From positions 124,001 through 188,000 of IMG/VR virus record IMGVR_UViG_3300042887_005053: a stretch of DNA of 64,000 nt; one strand, 5' to 3'. The notes below the pieces were generated by a model. That model was not told the origin of the DNA and ran no database searches. It worked only from the letters and a program-made list of their open reading frames with translations. Both the position numbers and the translations under genes were made by a program. The first letter of the stretch is position 1. The number at the start of each line of letters is the position of its first letter. This document shows positions 30,867 through 39,566 of the stretch, one piece after another.

Positions 30867-32237
30867 ATGACTAAAATATCAAATTATTCACAATTTATAA
30901 CAGAAGCATTTCTAAATAAAACACAAGAAAAAGCTATTGACACTATTCTACAATACCTTAAAAAGAAAATAGGTGTTGATTTTTATTCATATGAAGAAAT
31001 ATGGAACATTCAAAAAAGTGACGAGTTTCTTAAAGGTCAACTTTTTTTAACTCTATCATCAAATAAAGCAATTAGATTTAACTGGATCGAAAGAGACATA
31101 TCAAGTGAGATACATTCAATAGATCTATGGACTGATTTTGAATTTGATTCTAATCCTGACTTCACTTTACTATTAAATGAACTTTCGGTTGTTAAGGCTT
31201 TGCCTCATGTAGTAGACTTTTATAAAAATCCAGAAATAATAGTAAAAACAAGTAAGAAAGATGTAGTATTTGAAGATTTAGAAATCGAGGATACTGATCC
31301 AAGAAAAAGACTTGAAGATGAAAGAAAAAAACTATCAAGATTAAGAAGTCCTGAGAAAATTGAACTTCAGAAAAGAAAAATAGAAAGAATAGAAGCAATT
31401 GTTGCACAAACTGAAAACTCTTCTATTGAAAGTGAAAAAATAAATCAACTTGATGATGAAATGAAAATTGATGTTTTTAAATCAATCGAACTTTATACTA
31501 CTCAAGTTGCAAGAGGCAAGTCAAACTCATTGATTATATCTGGTGATTCGGGTGTTGGAAAGACCCAAACCGTGAAAGATACCTTAACTTCACTTGGTAT
31601 GAGAAAAGATGATGATTATTATTTTGCAACTGGTACTGCAACAACAGCTGGTTTATATGAATTACTATTTAAGAACCGAAACAAACTAATTGTATTTGAT
31701 GACTGTGATTCGGTATTAAAAGATCCAGAATCGGTCAATATATTAAAAGGAGCACTTGATACCTATGATGTTAGAGAAATATCTAAATTATCGAAAGGTA
31801 ATACTTTTGATTCATCTGGATTAAGTGATGAAGAAGTTGATGTCCAGTTTAGCGAGACTGGTAAGTTTCCAAATAAATTCGATTTTACTGGACAAGTAAT
31901 ATTTATATCGAACTTACCAGAAAATAAATTTGATAAAGCACTATTATCGAGAAGTTTACATGTTGATGTGCATTTAGATAGACAAGAATTATTCGAAAGA
32001 ATGAAGTCTATAATGACAAGAATATCTCCAGATGTAGATTTTGAGAAGAAACTGGAGGCATTAGAATATTTAACTTTTATATGTAACACTTATCCAACTA
32101 AGTTTGATCTTAATATCAGAACATTAATACATTCAATCAATTTGAGAGCTCATAATGAAGAAATGATTAAGATTGGTGACAAAGAAGAACAAGTTTGGAA
32201 AGTTTTAATTAAAAAATATTTGGTTAAGTCAAGATGA
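30867..32237 (+). CDS. AAA+ ATPase with targeting-like N-terminus
   Basis: Walker A GDSGVGKT, Walker B IVFDDCD, sensor-1 FISN, ALLSRS arginine finger. Starts MTKISNYSQFITEA and has a coiled-coil linker. Confidence 0.85.
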   Translation: MTKISNYSQFITEAFLNKTQEKAIDTILQYLKKKIGVDFYSYEEIWNIQKSDEFLKGQLFLTLSSNKAIRFNWIERDISSEIHSIDLWTDFEFDSNPDFTLLLNELSVVKALPHVVDFYKNPEIIVKTSKKDVVFEDLEIEDTDPRKRLEDERKKLSRLRSPEKIELQKRKIERIEAIVAQTENSSIESEKINQLDDEMKIDVFKSIELYTTQVARGKSNSLIISGDSGVGKTQTVKDTLTSLGMRKDDDYYFATGTATTAGLYELLFKNRNKLIVFDDCDSVLKDPESVNILKGALDTYDVREISKLSKGNTFDSSGLSDEEVDVQFSETGKFPNKFDFTGQVIFISNLPENKFDKALLSRSLHVDVHLDRQELFERMKSIMTRISPDVDFEKKLEALEYLTFICNTYPTKFDLNIRTLIHSINLRAHNEEMIKIGDKEEQVWKVLIKKYLVKSR

Positions 32238-32812
32238 AACATTTAGAACTATTTGAATCATTCACTCTTATTAGTGAGAATCTGAAATATCATGTTGATA
32301 ATAATATTCCGGTTTTAGAGAATGTGTTTAGACCACATTCAAAAGCTTTTTATGATTTGATAAAAGAAGCAAGAAATCTATTTGATGGTGGTAAAATTGG
32401 TGTATCAGAACATGATAAACATTTATTTGAAACAACCGATTTAGGTTACTTTGATATATTTGAGAATGAAGTAGTACCACTTGATTTACCGATTGAAGTT
32501 GTTGAGGAAGTAAATGAGGCTGAGTATCACGGAAAAGAAGTTGAATTAAATAAACCAATTAGAAGTTCTGGTCCTAAAAAATATAAAGTTTATGTCAGGA
32601 ATCCTAAAACTAAAAAAGTTATATGTGTTAATTTCGGGGATGTGAAAGGTGGACTAACTGCTAAAGTAAGTGATCCAGATGCTCGTAGAAGTTTTGCTGC
32701 TCGTCATCAATGTCACCTAAAGAAAGATAAGACAAAGCCTGGTTACTGGGCCTGTCGTGCGAATAGATACGCTAATTTGTGGGGTGGTAAAACATATCCC
32801 GGATACTGGTAA
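32234..32812 (+). CDS. Conserved T4-like phage protein (EAEYHG...NFG...SFAARHQC...YWAC domain)
   Basis: 192 aa starting MKHLELFESF. The C-terminal domain resembles a small protein common in cyanophage-like T4 relatives. ATGA overlap with the ATPase stop. Confidence 0.7.
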   Translation: MKHLELFESFTLISENLKYHVDNNIPVLENVFRPHSKAFYDLIKEARNLFDGGKIGVSEHDKHLFETTDLGYFDIFENEVVPLDLPIEVVEEVNEAEYHGKEVELNKPIRSSGPKKYKVYVRNPKTKKVICVNFGDVKGGLTAKVSDPDARRSFAARHQCHLKKDKTKPGYWACRANRYANLWGGKTYPGYW

Positions 32813-32826
32813 AAATATATAGAACT

Positions 32827-33735
32827 ATGAAATACTTAAATACCTACAAATTATTTGAATCAGAAGAAGTAGTAAGCAACGAAGAAGTTACTGAACTAAT
32901 TGAAGAGTGTAAAGACATTGTTGAGACATTCAATGAGTCAGAAGATACTTTTAAAGTAGCTAATTATGAAACGGGATTTGTTGCATATGACTCTTATTTG
33001 AAAAGAATAAGAAGTGGTGACTTTGACTCGAGACAGTCACATGAATCTGATATGGCTGCTATTAAATTTAATCTTGGTTTATCAAGTGATTTGAGTAACG
33101 GATATTTTAGAGATAACGAAGAAAGTGTTACTACAGAAAAAATAGACGGATTAATTGAACTATTGAGTAAATCGAAGATACTAGTTCAGAGATTGTCGAG
33201 ATATTGTACTACAATTTATTATAAAATGACAGGTAACTCAATTAGATTCATTTTAATATTCAAAAATCCAGATGAGGGTAGTAGTAAGGCAGCAAAAGTT
33301 ACAAGATTATATAACAAGCTATCAAAAGATTTTAAAGATTATGACATGTGGAAAACTATGAATTTGGTTCAACTTAATCAAAGATCAAATGATAGAATTC
33401 CAGAAAAATATAGAGAGTTATATAGTTTACTTAAAACTAATCCTAATCTAATTGATGGTAGATATGGTCAATGGGATGAAACAAGAAGAAGTAATTTACA
33501 GTTAAGATTTTCTTGTTCTGAAACATTTGATGGTAATACAATTATTGTTAATGTCACTGGATTCAAATACAAAACATATATGATGGATAGATTCAAATCA
33601 ATTAGATTATCTAATGAAGAGAAAGTAGAAGCAATGAAATGCATCGAACAGAAAGTTAAAAATAGTTTAAGAAGTGATGCCGATTCAATTGAAACTTCAA
33701 TTGAAGGAAATCAGATAAAAATTAAGGTGAAATAA
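32827..33735 (+). CDS. Hypothetical protein with targeting-like N-terminus
   Basis: 302 aa starting MKYLNTYKLFES. AAATATATA at 32813-32821. Confidence 0.75.
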   Translation: MKYLNTYKLFESEEVVSNEEVTELIEECKDIVETFNESEDTFKVANYETGFVAYDSYLKRIRSGDFDSRQSHESDMAAIKFNLGLSSDLSNGYFRDNEESVTTEKIDGLIELLSKSKILVQRLSRYCTTIYYKMTGNSIRFILIFKNPDEGSSKAAKVTRLYNKLSKDFKDYDMWKTMNLVQLNQRSNDRIPEKYRELYSLLKTNPNLIDGRYGQWDETRRSNLQLRFSCSETFDGNTIIVNVTGFKYKTYMMDRFKSIRLSNEEKVEAMKCIEQKVKNSLRSDADSIETSIEGNQIKIKVK

Positions 33736-33974
33736 TGAAATACTTAAAGAAGTTTGAAGGATTTTCTAACAGAACTTGTGATAGATGTGGCGAGCGAACT
33801 AATACAATGAGTATGTCCTGGTTAAACACAGATGAGTGTTGTATGAATTGTTTAGAAATTGAAAAAGGAGAACCAGATTATATTTTGGCTAAAGAAATAG
33901 AATCCGAAGAAGTTAGAAAAGGTAATCTAAACTATAAAGGTATAAGAAATGAAGATAAACTGACACCGAGATAG
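33735..33974 (+). CDS. Small Zn-finger protein (CxxC...CCxxC)
   Basis: 79 aa, MKYLKKFEGF then CDRC...SMSWLNTDECCMNC...GNLNYKGI. TAATG coupling with the upstream gene. Confidence 0.7.
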   Translation: MKYLKKFEGFSNRTCDRCGERTNTMSMSWLNTDECCMNCLEIEKGEPDYILAKEIESEEVRKGNLNYKGIRNEDKLTPR

Positions 33975-34002
33975 AGAAGACTATATTATTAATATATAAT
34001 TT

Positions 34003-35124
34003 ATGAATTTAGAAATAATTTATAAAAAAATATGTCAAAGAGGTCAAATAAGAGTATTAGATAGATCCATCTATACAGAAAAACATCATATTATTCCGAG
34101 ATGTATGGGAGGTAACAACAATAAGGAAAATATAACTAAATTAACCGCTAAAGAACATTTTATCTGCCATAAAATTCTATGTAAAATTTATCCATCCAAC
34201 GAAAAGTTAAGATATGCCTTTTGGGCAATGTGTAATCAAAAAGTAAATAGAGATTATGTGGTTTCTAGTAGAGATTATGAATATGCTAAAACAATTTGTT
34301 TAGAAATGTGGAGAAGACCAAAATCCCCCGAATCCATAAAAAAAGGAGCAGATAAAAAAAGAGGCATAAAGGTAAATTATTTTATTTACCCAAAACGGAT
34401 ACAAGATGGTAATTCTAATCACAATCACGGTAAAAAGTGGATAACTAATATTTTAACAAGTGAATCAAAAATGATATTTGGTGATATTCCAGATGGATGG
34501 AAAATAGGAAGATCAAAAGTTGGCAGTTTGTGCAAACCAAATTCAAAAGGTAGAAATTGGTATCATAATCCAGAAACAAATGAAGAAAAATACTTCAATT
34601 TTTCCGATAATCCACCAGGATGGATTAAGGGTAGATCTAAAAATAAAAAAATTGGAGGAGATAATCTCTCCGGTAAGATTTGTTATTTCAACAAATCACT
34701 AAATAAAGAGAAATATTTTAAAGATGATGATATAATACCAGATGGGTGGATCAAGGGTAAGTTAAAAAAAAGAATTTGGTTTTATAATCTTGAATTAAAT
34801 ATGGAAAAATTATTCACTGAAGATTCCGCAGATGTTGGTTTTATTCGAGGTAGATTACCTAAATTACCATTTAGTGAAGAAATGAAAGAAACAAATGAAT
34901 TTATAAGAATTTTTAAAAGAGACATAGATGAAAAATCACTTGTTTGGCATAGAGATAGAGAAGATAGAATTATTGAGTCGATTGGTGAAACTGATTGGAT
35001 GATACAATTAGATAATGAACTGCCAAAGTCGTTAAATCAAAAAGTGTTCATTCCAAAAGGAGTTTATCATAGAGTTATAAAAGGAACTAATAATTTGAAA
35101 ATAAAATTAATTAAATTAGTTTAA
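34003..35124 (+). mobile_element. HNH homing endonuclease fused in frame to a C-terminal cupin-like phage protein
   Basis: EKHHIIPRCMGG...NITKLTAKEHFICHKIL HNH motif, four W(x)N...(P/V)xGWxxG(R/K)-type DNA-binding repeats, then LPFSEE...LVWHRDREDR...FIPKGVYHRVIKG cupin-like domain. Own TAATATATA at 33990. Confidence 0.8.
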
Positions 35125-35134
35125 TATATAGAGT

Positions 35135-35716
35135 ATGAAACATTTGAAATTATTTGAAGAATTTATTGATTTCAACTTAGATTGGGTATCAGCCAAAATG
35201 AATGAACTATCAGATTTGGTATCTGATTTTTCAAATATTGAGTTTAAATATCATATTGAAAAAGTCAAGGATAATGAAGATTTACAGGGTCTTTTAGTTA
35301 TAGAACTTACAGCGACTGATGCGAACATAACTCTTATATGGACTATTGATTTAGACTCTCCATCAATTACTATTGAAGAAATTGAAGGTGATGAACATGA
35401 AAATATTTATGATTCAAAACTTGAAAGTATTGAACAAGCTCTTGATTTAGTTGAGAAAAATATACAAGATTTATTTGATATTAATGAGAGAGTCAAGGCT
35501 CAAAGATATAAAGGAAAAAAAATACCTGGTAAATACTTAGCTGGACCACATCCTGGAAAAATGAAGAAGGAAATTGATAAGTATAGAGGTAAAAGTGAAT
35601 ATAAAAAAGAATGGGATGCTGATTATACTACTGGAAAAGGTGGTAAAGGTAAAAGAGTAAAAACTAAGAAATCATCAGCCACAAAAGCTTACCAAAAAAT
35701 GTTTGGTGATAAATAA
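35135..35716 (+). CDS. Two-part protein: acidic N-terminal domain with targeting motif plus basic C-terminal domain
   Basis: 193 aa starting MKHLKLFEEF. After DINERV the sequence becomes Lys-rich (IPGKYL...KTKKSSATKAYQKMFG). Confidence 0.7.
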   Translation: MKHLKLFEEFIDFNLDWVSAKMNELSDLVSDFSNIEFKYHIEKVKDNEDLQGLLVIELTATDANITLIWTIDLDSPSITIEEIEGDEHENIYDSKLESIEQALDLVEKNIQDLFDINERVKAQRYKGKKIPGKYLAGPHPGKMKKEIDKYRGKSEYKKEWDADYTTGKGGKGKRVKTKKSSATKAYQKMFGDK

Positions 35717-35727
35717 AAATATATTTC

Positions 35728-36288
35728 ATGGAAATTAAGAAATTTATTCGTCAAGAAAAAACTACAAATGTAGAAAAACCACAAACAAGTGGAACAGTAA
35801 TCACTCCTTCAAAGTTGACTGAAGAAACCATTTCAATTTTGACTGAAAGAATAAAAGATGAGTATACTGCTCACTATTTCTATAGATCAGCTGCTAACTG
35901 GTGTCGTAACATGAACTATAAAAAAGCATCACAATTCTTTGATAATGAATCAAGTTCAGAATTAGAACATGCTAAAGGATTACAAGAGTATATGGATGAC
36001 TTTAATGTTCAACCACATATTCTACAAACAGAAACAAACTTTGAGTTTGATTCATTAGTTGATATTATAAATGGTGCATATCAAATGGAACATTCGTTGA
36101 TGAATTCATATAATCAAAGTTCATCAGCATTATTTACTACTGACTTAACTACATTTGATTTCTTAGCTAATTATAGAACAATTCAAAAAGAAGCTGTAAT
36201 TGAGTATTCTGATTTATTGAATGCATTAATGTTAGTAAATCATACTGATAAGTTTCAGGTTCTTTATTTTGAACAAACATATTTTTAA
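35728..36288 (+). CDS. ftn: Phage-encoded non-heme ferritin (FtnA-like)
   Basis: 186 aa. By-eye alignment with E. coli FtnA: DEYTAHYFY..AANWC, ASQFF..E..SELEHA, AYQMEH, DLTTFDFLANY..IQKE, LYF. Ferroxidase residues equivalent to E17/Y24/E50/H53/E94/Q127 are present. Confidence 0.85.
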   Translation: MEIKKFIRQEKTTNVEKPQTSGTVITPSKLTEETISILTERIKDEYTAHYFYRSAANWCRNMNYKKASQFFDNESSSELEHAKGLQEYMDDFNVQPHILQTETNFEFDSLVDIINGAYQMEHSLMNSYNQSSSALFTTDLTTFDFLANYRTIQKEAVIEYSDLLNALMLVNHTDKFQVLYFEQTYF

Positions 36289-36292
36289 TACA

Positions 36293-36553
36293 GTGAAATA
36301 CTTAAAGAAATTTGAAGCATATACATTCGAGGACTTTACTCTCAGTGATATTGAAGATGTTAAAGATTTGTTAGAATATGGTTTGCCTATTGAACAAATT
36401 GCGATAGAATTAGACTTTACGGTCGATAAAGTGAAACAAATAGTTCACTCTATTGAAAAGAATAAAAAAACGACTACAAAAGGATGTGGTTGTTGTTCAG
36501 ATTGTACCGGTGAAGTGGATTGTGAATGTGGTTGTGTTGAGTGTGAATGCTAA
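36293..36553 (+). CDS. HTH-like domain plus metallothionein-like Cys-rich tail
   Basis: GTG start gives MKYLKKFEAY. LPIEQIAIELDFTVDKVKQIV looks like an HTH. The last 22 aa contain 9 Cys (CGCCSDCTGEVDCECGCVECEC). Confidence 0.7.
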   Translation: MKYLKKFEAYTFEDFTLSDIEDVKDLLEYGLPIEQIAIELDFTVDKVKQIVHSIEKNKKTTTKGCGCCSDCTGEVDCECGCVECEC

Positions 36554-36589
36554 AAATTAGTTACTATAAACTATAAATAAAATTATTAT

Positions 36590-36961
36590 ATGGAAAAATT
36601 AATGACATTCGAATCTTTCTCTGATGAAATAGATTATGAAAACTACTACTATTTAGTAGAAGATATATTACTACTTGAAGAAGTAACAGCTGGGTCAGTT
36701 GATACTGCTGGGTCAAAAGCATCAAAGATGATAAAAAAGAAATCAGAACAAAGTGGTATTCCTGTTGGAATTCTTAAAAAGGTTTATAAGCGAGGGCAAG
36801 CTGCTTGGAATGCTGGTCATCGTCCAGGTACACCACAACAAGCTTGGGCTACTGGTAGGGTAAATAGTTTTATAACTGGTGCTGGTGGAGCTAGAAAAGC
36901 TGACAATGACTTATGGGCAAAAGCTAAAGCTGCTAAAGCTAGAAAAAAGAAGAAAAAATAA
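36590..36961 (+). CDS. Conserved T4-like phage protein (DUF5824-like)
   Basis: 123 aa starting MEKLMTFESF. KKSEQSGIPVGILKKVYKRGQAAWNAGHRPGTPQQAWATGRVNSFI resembles a conserved cyanophage-type family. Confidence 0.65.
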   Translation: MEKLMTFESFSDEIDYENYYYLVEDILLLEEVTAGSVDTAGSKASKMIKKKSEQSGIPVGILKKVYKRGQAAWNAGHRPGTPQQAWATGRVNSFITGAGGARKADNDLWAKAKAAKARKKKKK

Positions 36962-37425
36962 TGAAATACTTAAAAAGATTTAATGAAAATTTAGATAATA
37001 ATTCTTATAAAATTCATATACCCGAAAAATATTCAGGGGTTAGAATGGAATTTGGGGAATTTGCCTCACCACAAGACATAATTGATACGTACAATCAGAT
37101 AGTAGAAGAAGGAGTTCCTTTGGTAAGTTATTCCGAGGATGGGTTCTTCACTAATGAAGATGATGAAGAAATTGAAGAGTTTATAATTCTTGATGAATTG
37201 AATTATGCTATTGTTGGTGAAGAAGAAGATAATATGGGAGATTTACCAAAACAAAAAAGATTTGGTGATGGTAATGAAAATGAAATCTATTTAACCAATA
37301 ATGTAAGATTCCACCGTAAAGGGAATGAGTTAACTTTAAGTTACACCCCAACTAAAATTGGAGGGGGACTTAGAATATCTGATGAACAGAAGAATATGTT
37401 AATTGATTTTTTAACCAAGAATTAA
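36961..37425 (+). CDS. Hypothetical protein with targeting motif, possibly frameshift-truncated (extension to 37510)
   Basis: 154 aa starting MKYLKRFNEN. A +1 frame continues protein-like sequence to a TAA at 37508-37510 that abuts the terminator. Confidence 0.65.
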   Translation: MKYLKRFNENLDNNSYKIHIPEKYSGVRMEFGEFASPQDIIDTYNQIVEEGVPLVSYSEDGFFTNEDDEEIEEFIILDELNYAIVGEEEDNMGDLPKQKRFGDGNENEIYLTNNVRFHRKGNELTLSYTPTKIGGGLRISDEQKNMLIDFLTKN

Positions 37426-37510
37426 CCTCTCTAATGACATTATTGTTGAAAAGGTAATTAAAGAAAATGAAGATATGATTCGCATTGAAATGAATTGCAG
37501 ATTATCTTAA

Positions 37511-37540
37511 CAAAAAAGAGACCTATTGGTCTCTTTTTTG
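37511..37540. terminator. Bidirectional intrinsic terminator
   Basis: Perfect 13-bp stem caaaaaagagacc-tatt-ggtctcttttttg between convergent genes. Confidence 0.9.
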
Positions 37541-37541
37541 T

Positions 37542-38675
37542 TTATTCGGATAGCCCTTTATAGTTATCATCATATATCTTTACAACCTCATTAAATTCTT
37601 GTAAGACACCATTTTTAATTTTATCTGACTCGTACTTACTTCCATTTATATATTCTCGAATCATTTCTGTATACTCTAATTGTATAGTTGGAATAACTCC
37701 TTCATCAAATTCATCGGTACTAAGTTCTTCGGTAATTATTTCTCCGTTTTCAGCTTTTTGTAATACAATATCGTCTAAATACTCAACAGAAGCAAAGTTT
37801 CCTTGTTCAAGCATAGCTTCTAATTTTCTTCTTAGTTTTCTGTTATTTATTAACAAAGAATTGGAAATAAATAGATCAATATAGTCCTTTGTTGAAACTG
37901 AATCTAACGAAAGAATATCATCTTCTGACTTTAGATATACTTTCTTGAATTTCGGTGAAACATTATTTGGAATAAATCTTTCTGTATTTTCAATCACATC
38001 TAAAATAAAAATTCCTTTTTGATTTCCTAAATCATTTCTATCCATTTCAAAAAGATTACCAACAAAAGTAAAATTTTTATTTACTTGTTTAAGATGAATA
38101 TGTCCACTGTATACTGATCTATATCCACTAAATTCTTCAACATCAATTTTGTCGTGGTTCTTATGTGCAACTGATGTTAAATGCATTTTAGCTCCATTTA
38201 GATCTGAGTGACAAAATAGATAATCACAACCACTAAATTGTTTTAGTATTTCAATTTGATTTTTTCTTTTCTCTACCCAGGGTAACATAAGAATAGACTT
38301 TCCCATAAAATCTATTTTAGTTGGTTCTTCATACACGGTAACACCTGGAATATATTTATAGAGTTTAACTGTATTTACATCATTGGTAGCCTTTGTATAT
38401 AAATCATGATTTCCAATAATGATGTGAACTTGACAAATTTTGGCTATTTCCTCTAAAAGATTCTGAGCATAATTAAGAATATTGATGGGTATTACTGACC
38501 TATTGTCAAATAAGTCACCAAGATGTACAATAATATCATCTTTAGTTAATTCTTTTCTAAGAAGTGGTAGAAGAAAATCGTTGAAGTATTCTTGATGAAC
38601 TTTGAACCACTTATCGACAGAGTTAGGGTAGCCAAGTCCTAAGTGGGTATCACCAACCAGTAATATTTTAGACAT
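37542..38675 (-). CDS. gp47: Mre11/SbcD-like recombination nuclease subunit (T4 gp47)
   Basis: Metallophosphoesterase motifs GDTHLG, HLGDLFD, IGNHD, FCHSD, SGHIH. Confidence 0.9.
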   Translation of the reverse strand: MSKILLVGDTHLGLGYPNSVDKWFKVHQEYFNDFLLPLLRKELTKDDIIVHLGDLFDNRSVIPINILNYAQNLLEEIAKICQVHIIIGNHDLYTKATNDVNTVKLYKYIPGVTVYEEPTKIDFMGKSILMLPWVEKRKNQIEILKQFSGCDYLFCHSDLNGAKMHLTSVAHKNHDKIDVEEFSGYRSVYSGHIHLKQVNKNFTFVGNLFEMDRNDLGNQKGIFILDVIENTERFIPNNVSPKFKKVYLKSEDDILSLDSVSTKDYIDLFISNSLLINNRKLRRKLEAMLEQGNFASVEYLDDIVLQKAENGEIITEELSTDEFDEGVIPTIQLEYTEMIREYINGSKYESDKIKNGVLQEFNEVVKIYDDNYKGLSE

Positions 38676-38695
38676 TCATGTAATTATATTTTAGT

Positions 38696-38723
38696 ATTAT
38701 ATGATGAGTATCAACAAAAGTTA
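38696..38723 (-). promoter_or_regulatory. Middle-type promoter TAACTT-N16-TATAAT
   Basis: Reverse complement of attata(38696-38701)...aagtta(38718-38723), 20 nt upstream of the gp47 start. Confidence 0.5.
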
Positions 38724-38906
38724 TAGTATATTATGTCTCCGACAAAGTAAAACTAAAGTAAGAATAAAGAGTTGTTTAGAAAAAATTCGTTTTTATAAGT
38801 AAATATATATACATACAAAAGAATATTAAATAACTAGAGACTTTTTTTTATTTAATATATACTTTATAATTGTTCAACCAATTAAAATAAAAAAATATAA
38901 AGAGTT

Positions 38907-39527
38907 ATGCCACTTCCGCACTTTACTCAATTACAGATGACTGGTTCACCAGGTGGTCCCGGTACTAAACCAGAAGAACCAGTATACTTAAACCTGTTTG
39001 AAATAACATTTATTTTACCTACAATATTACAAGCTCAAGGTAGAGATCCTATCATGATGTTACAGCAAGCAAACAAAGTTTCTTTGAACTTGACTGAAGC
39101 TATTGGTGTAGCGCAACAAAAGTTCAAGTATTCAACAAGAGCCTTTCTACAGACTCCTGAGAAAACTCATGTTGAATTTGATATTACTTTCAATGTGAAT
39201 GTTAACGAAAGAGGTAATATGACTACTTGGGACACACTAAAAGCATGGTATGATTTAGTATGGAATTCTCAAAATGGTTCTCTTCACTATAAGAGTGATA
39301 TTATTGGAACCATTATTGTTAATCAACACGATAAAAAAGGTGTTGTGTTGAGACGTGTTACTTTCCAGAACTGTCAAATTAAGAATGTTGGGGGTCTTGA
39401 ATTATCCTGGGCAAATGCTGGTGATATTTGGAATGATATTACAGCTGGTTTTGTAGCTGATTACTGGATTGATGAGTACATCGATGGCAACTTCACTATT
39501 TCTCCGCCTTTAATTCCTGGGTACTAA
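38907..39527 (+). CDS. gp19: Tail tube protein (T4 gp19-like)
   Basis: 206 aa. PLPHF...EPVYLNLFEITF, LKAWYDLVWNSQNG, IIVNQHDKKGVVLRRVTF.NC...GLELSW...F.ADYW match the gp19-type tube pattern. TAATATATA at 38853. Confidence 0.85.
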   Translation: MPLPHFTQLQMTGSPGGPGTKPEEPVYLNLFEITFILPTILQAQGRDPIMMLQQANKVSLNLTEAIGVAQQKFKYSTRAFLQTPEKTHVEFDITFNVNVNERGNMTTWDTLKAWYDLVWNSQNGSLHYKSDIIGTIIVNQHDKKGVVLRRVTFQNCQIKNVGGLELSWANAGDIWNDITAGFVADYWIDEYIDGNFTISPPLIPGY

Positions 39528-39566
39528 AATTAAACAAAGTATATATTTTTTCATAATATATACAAT

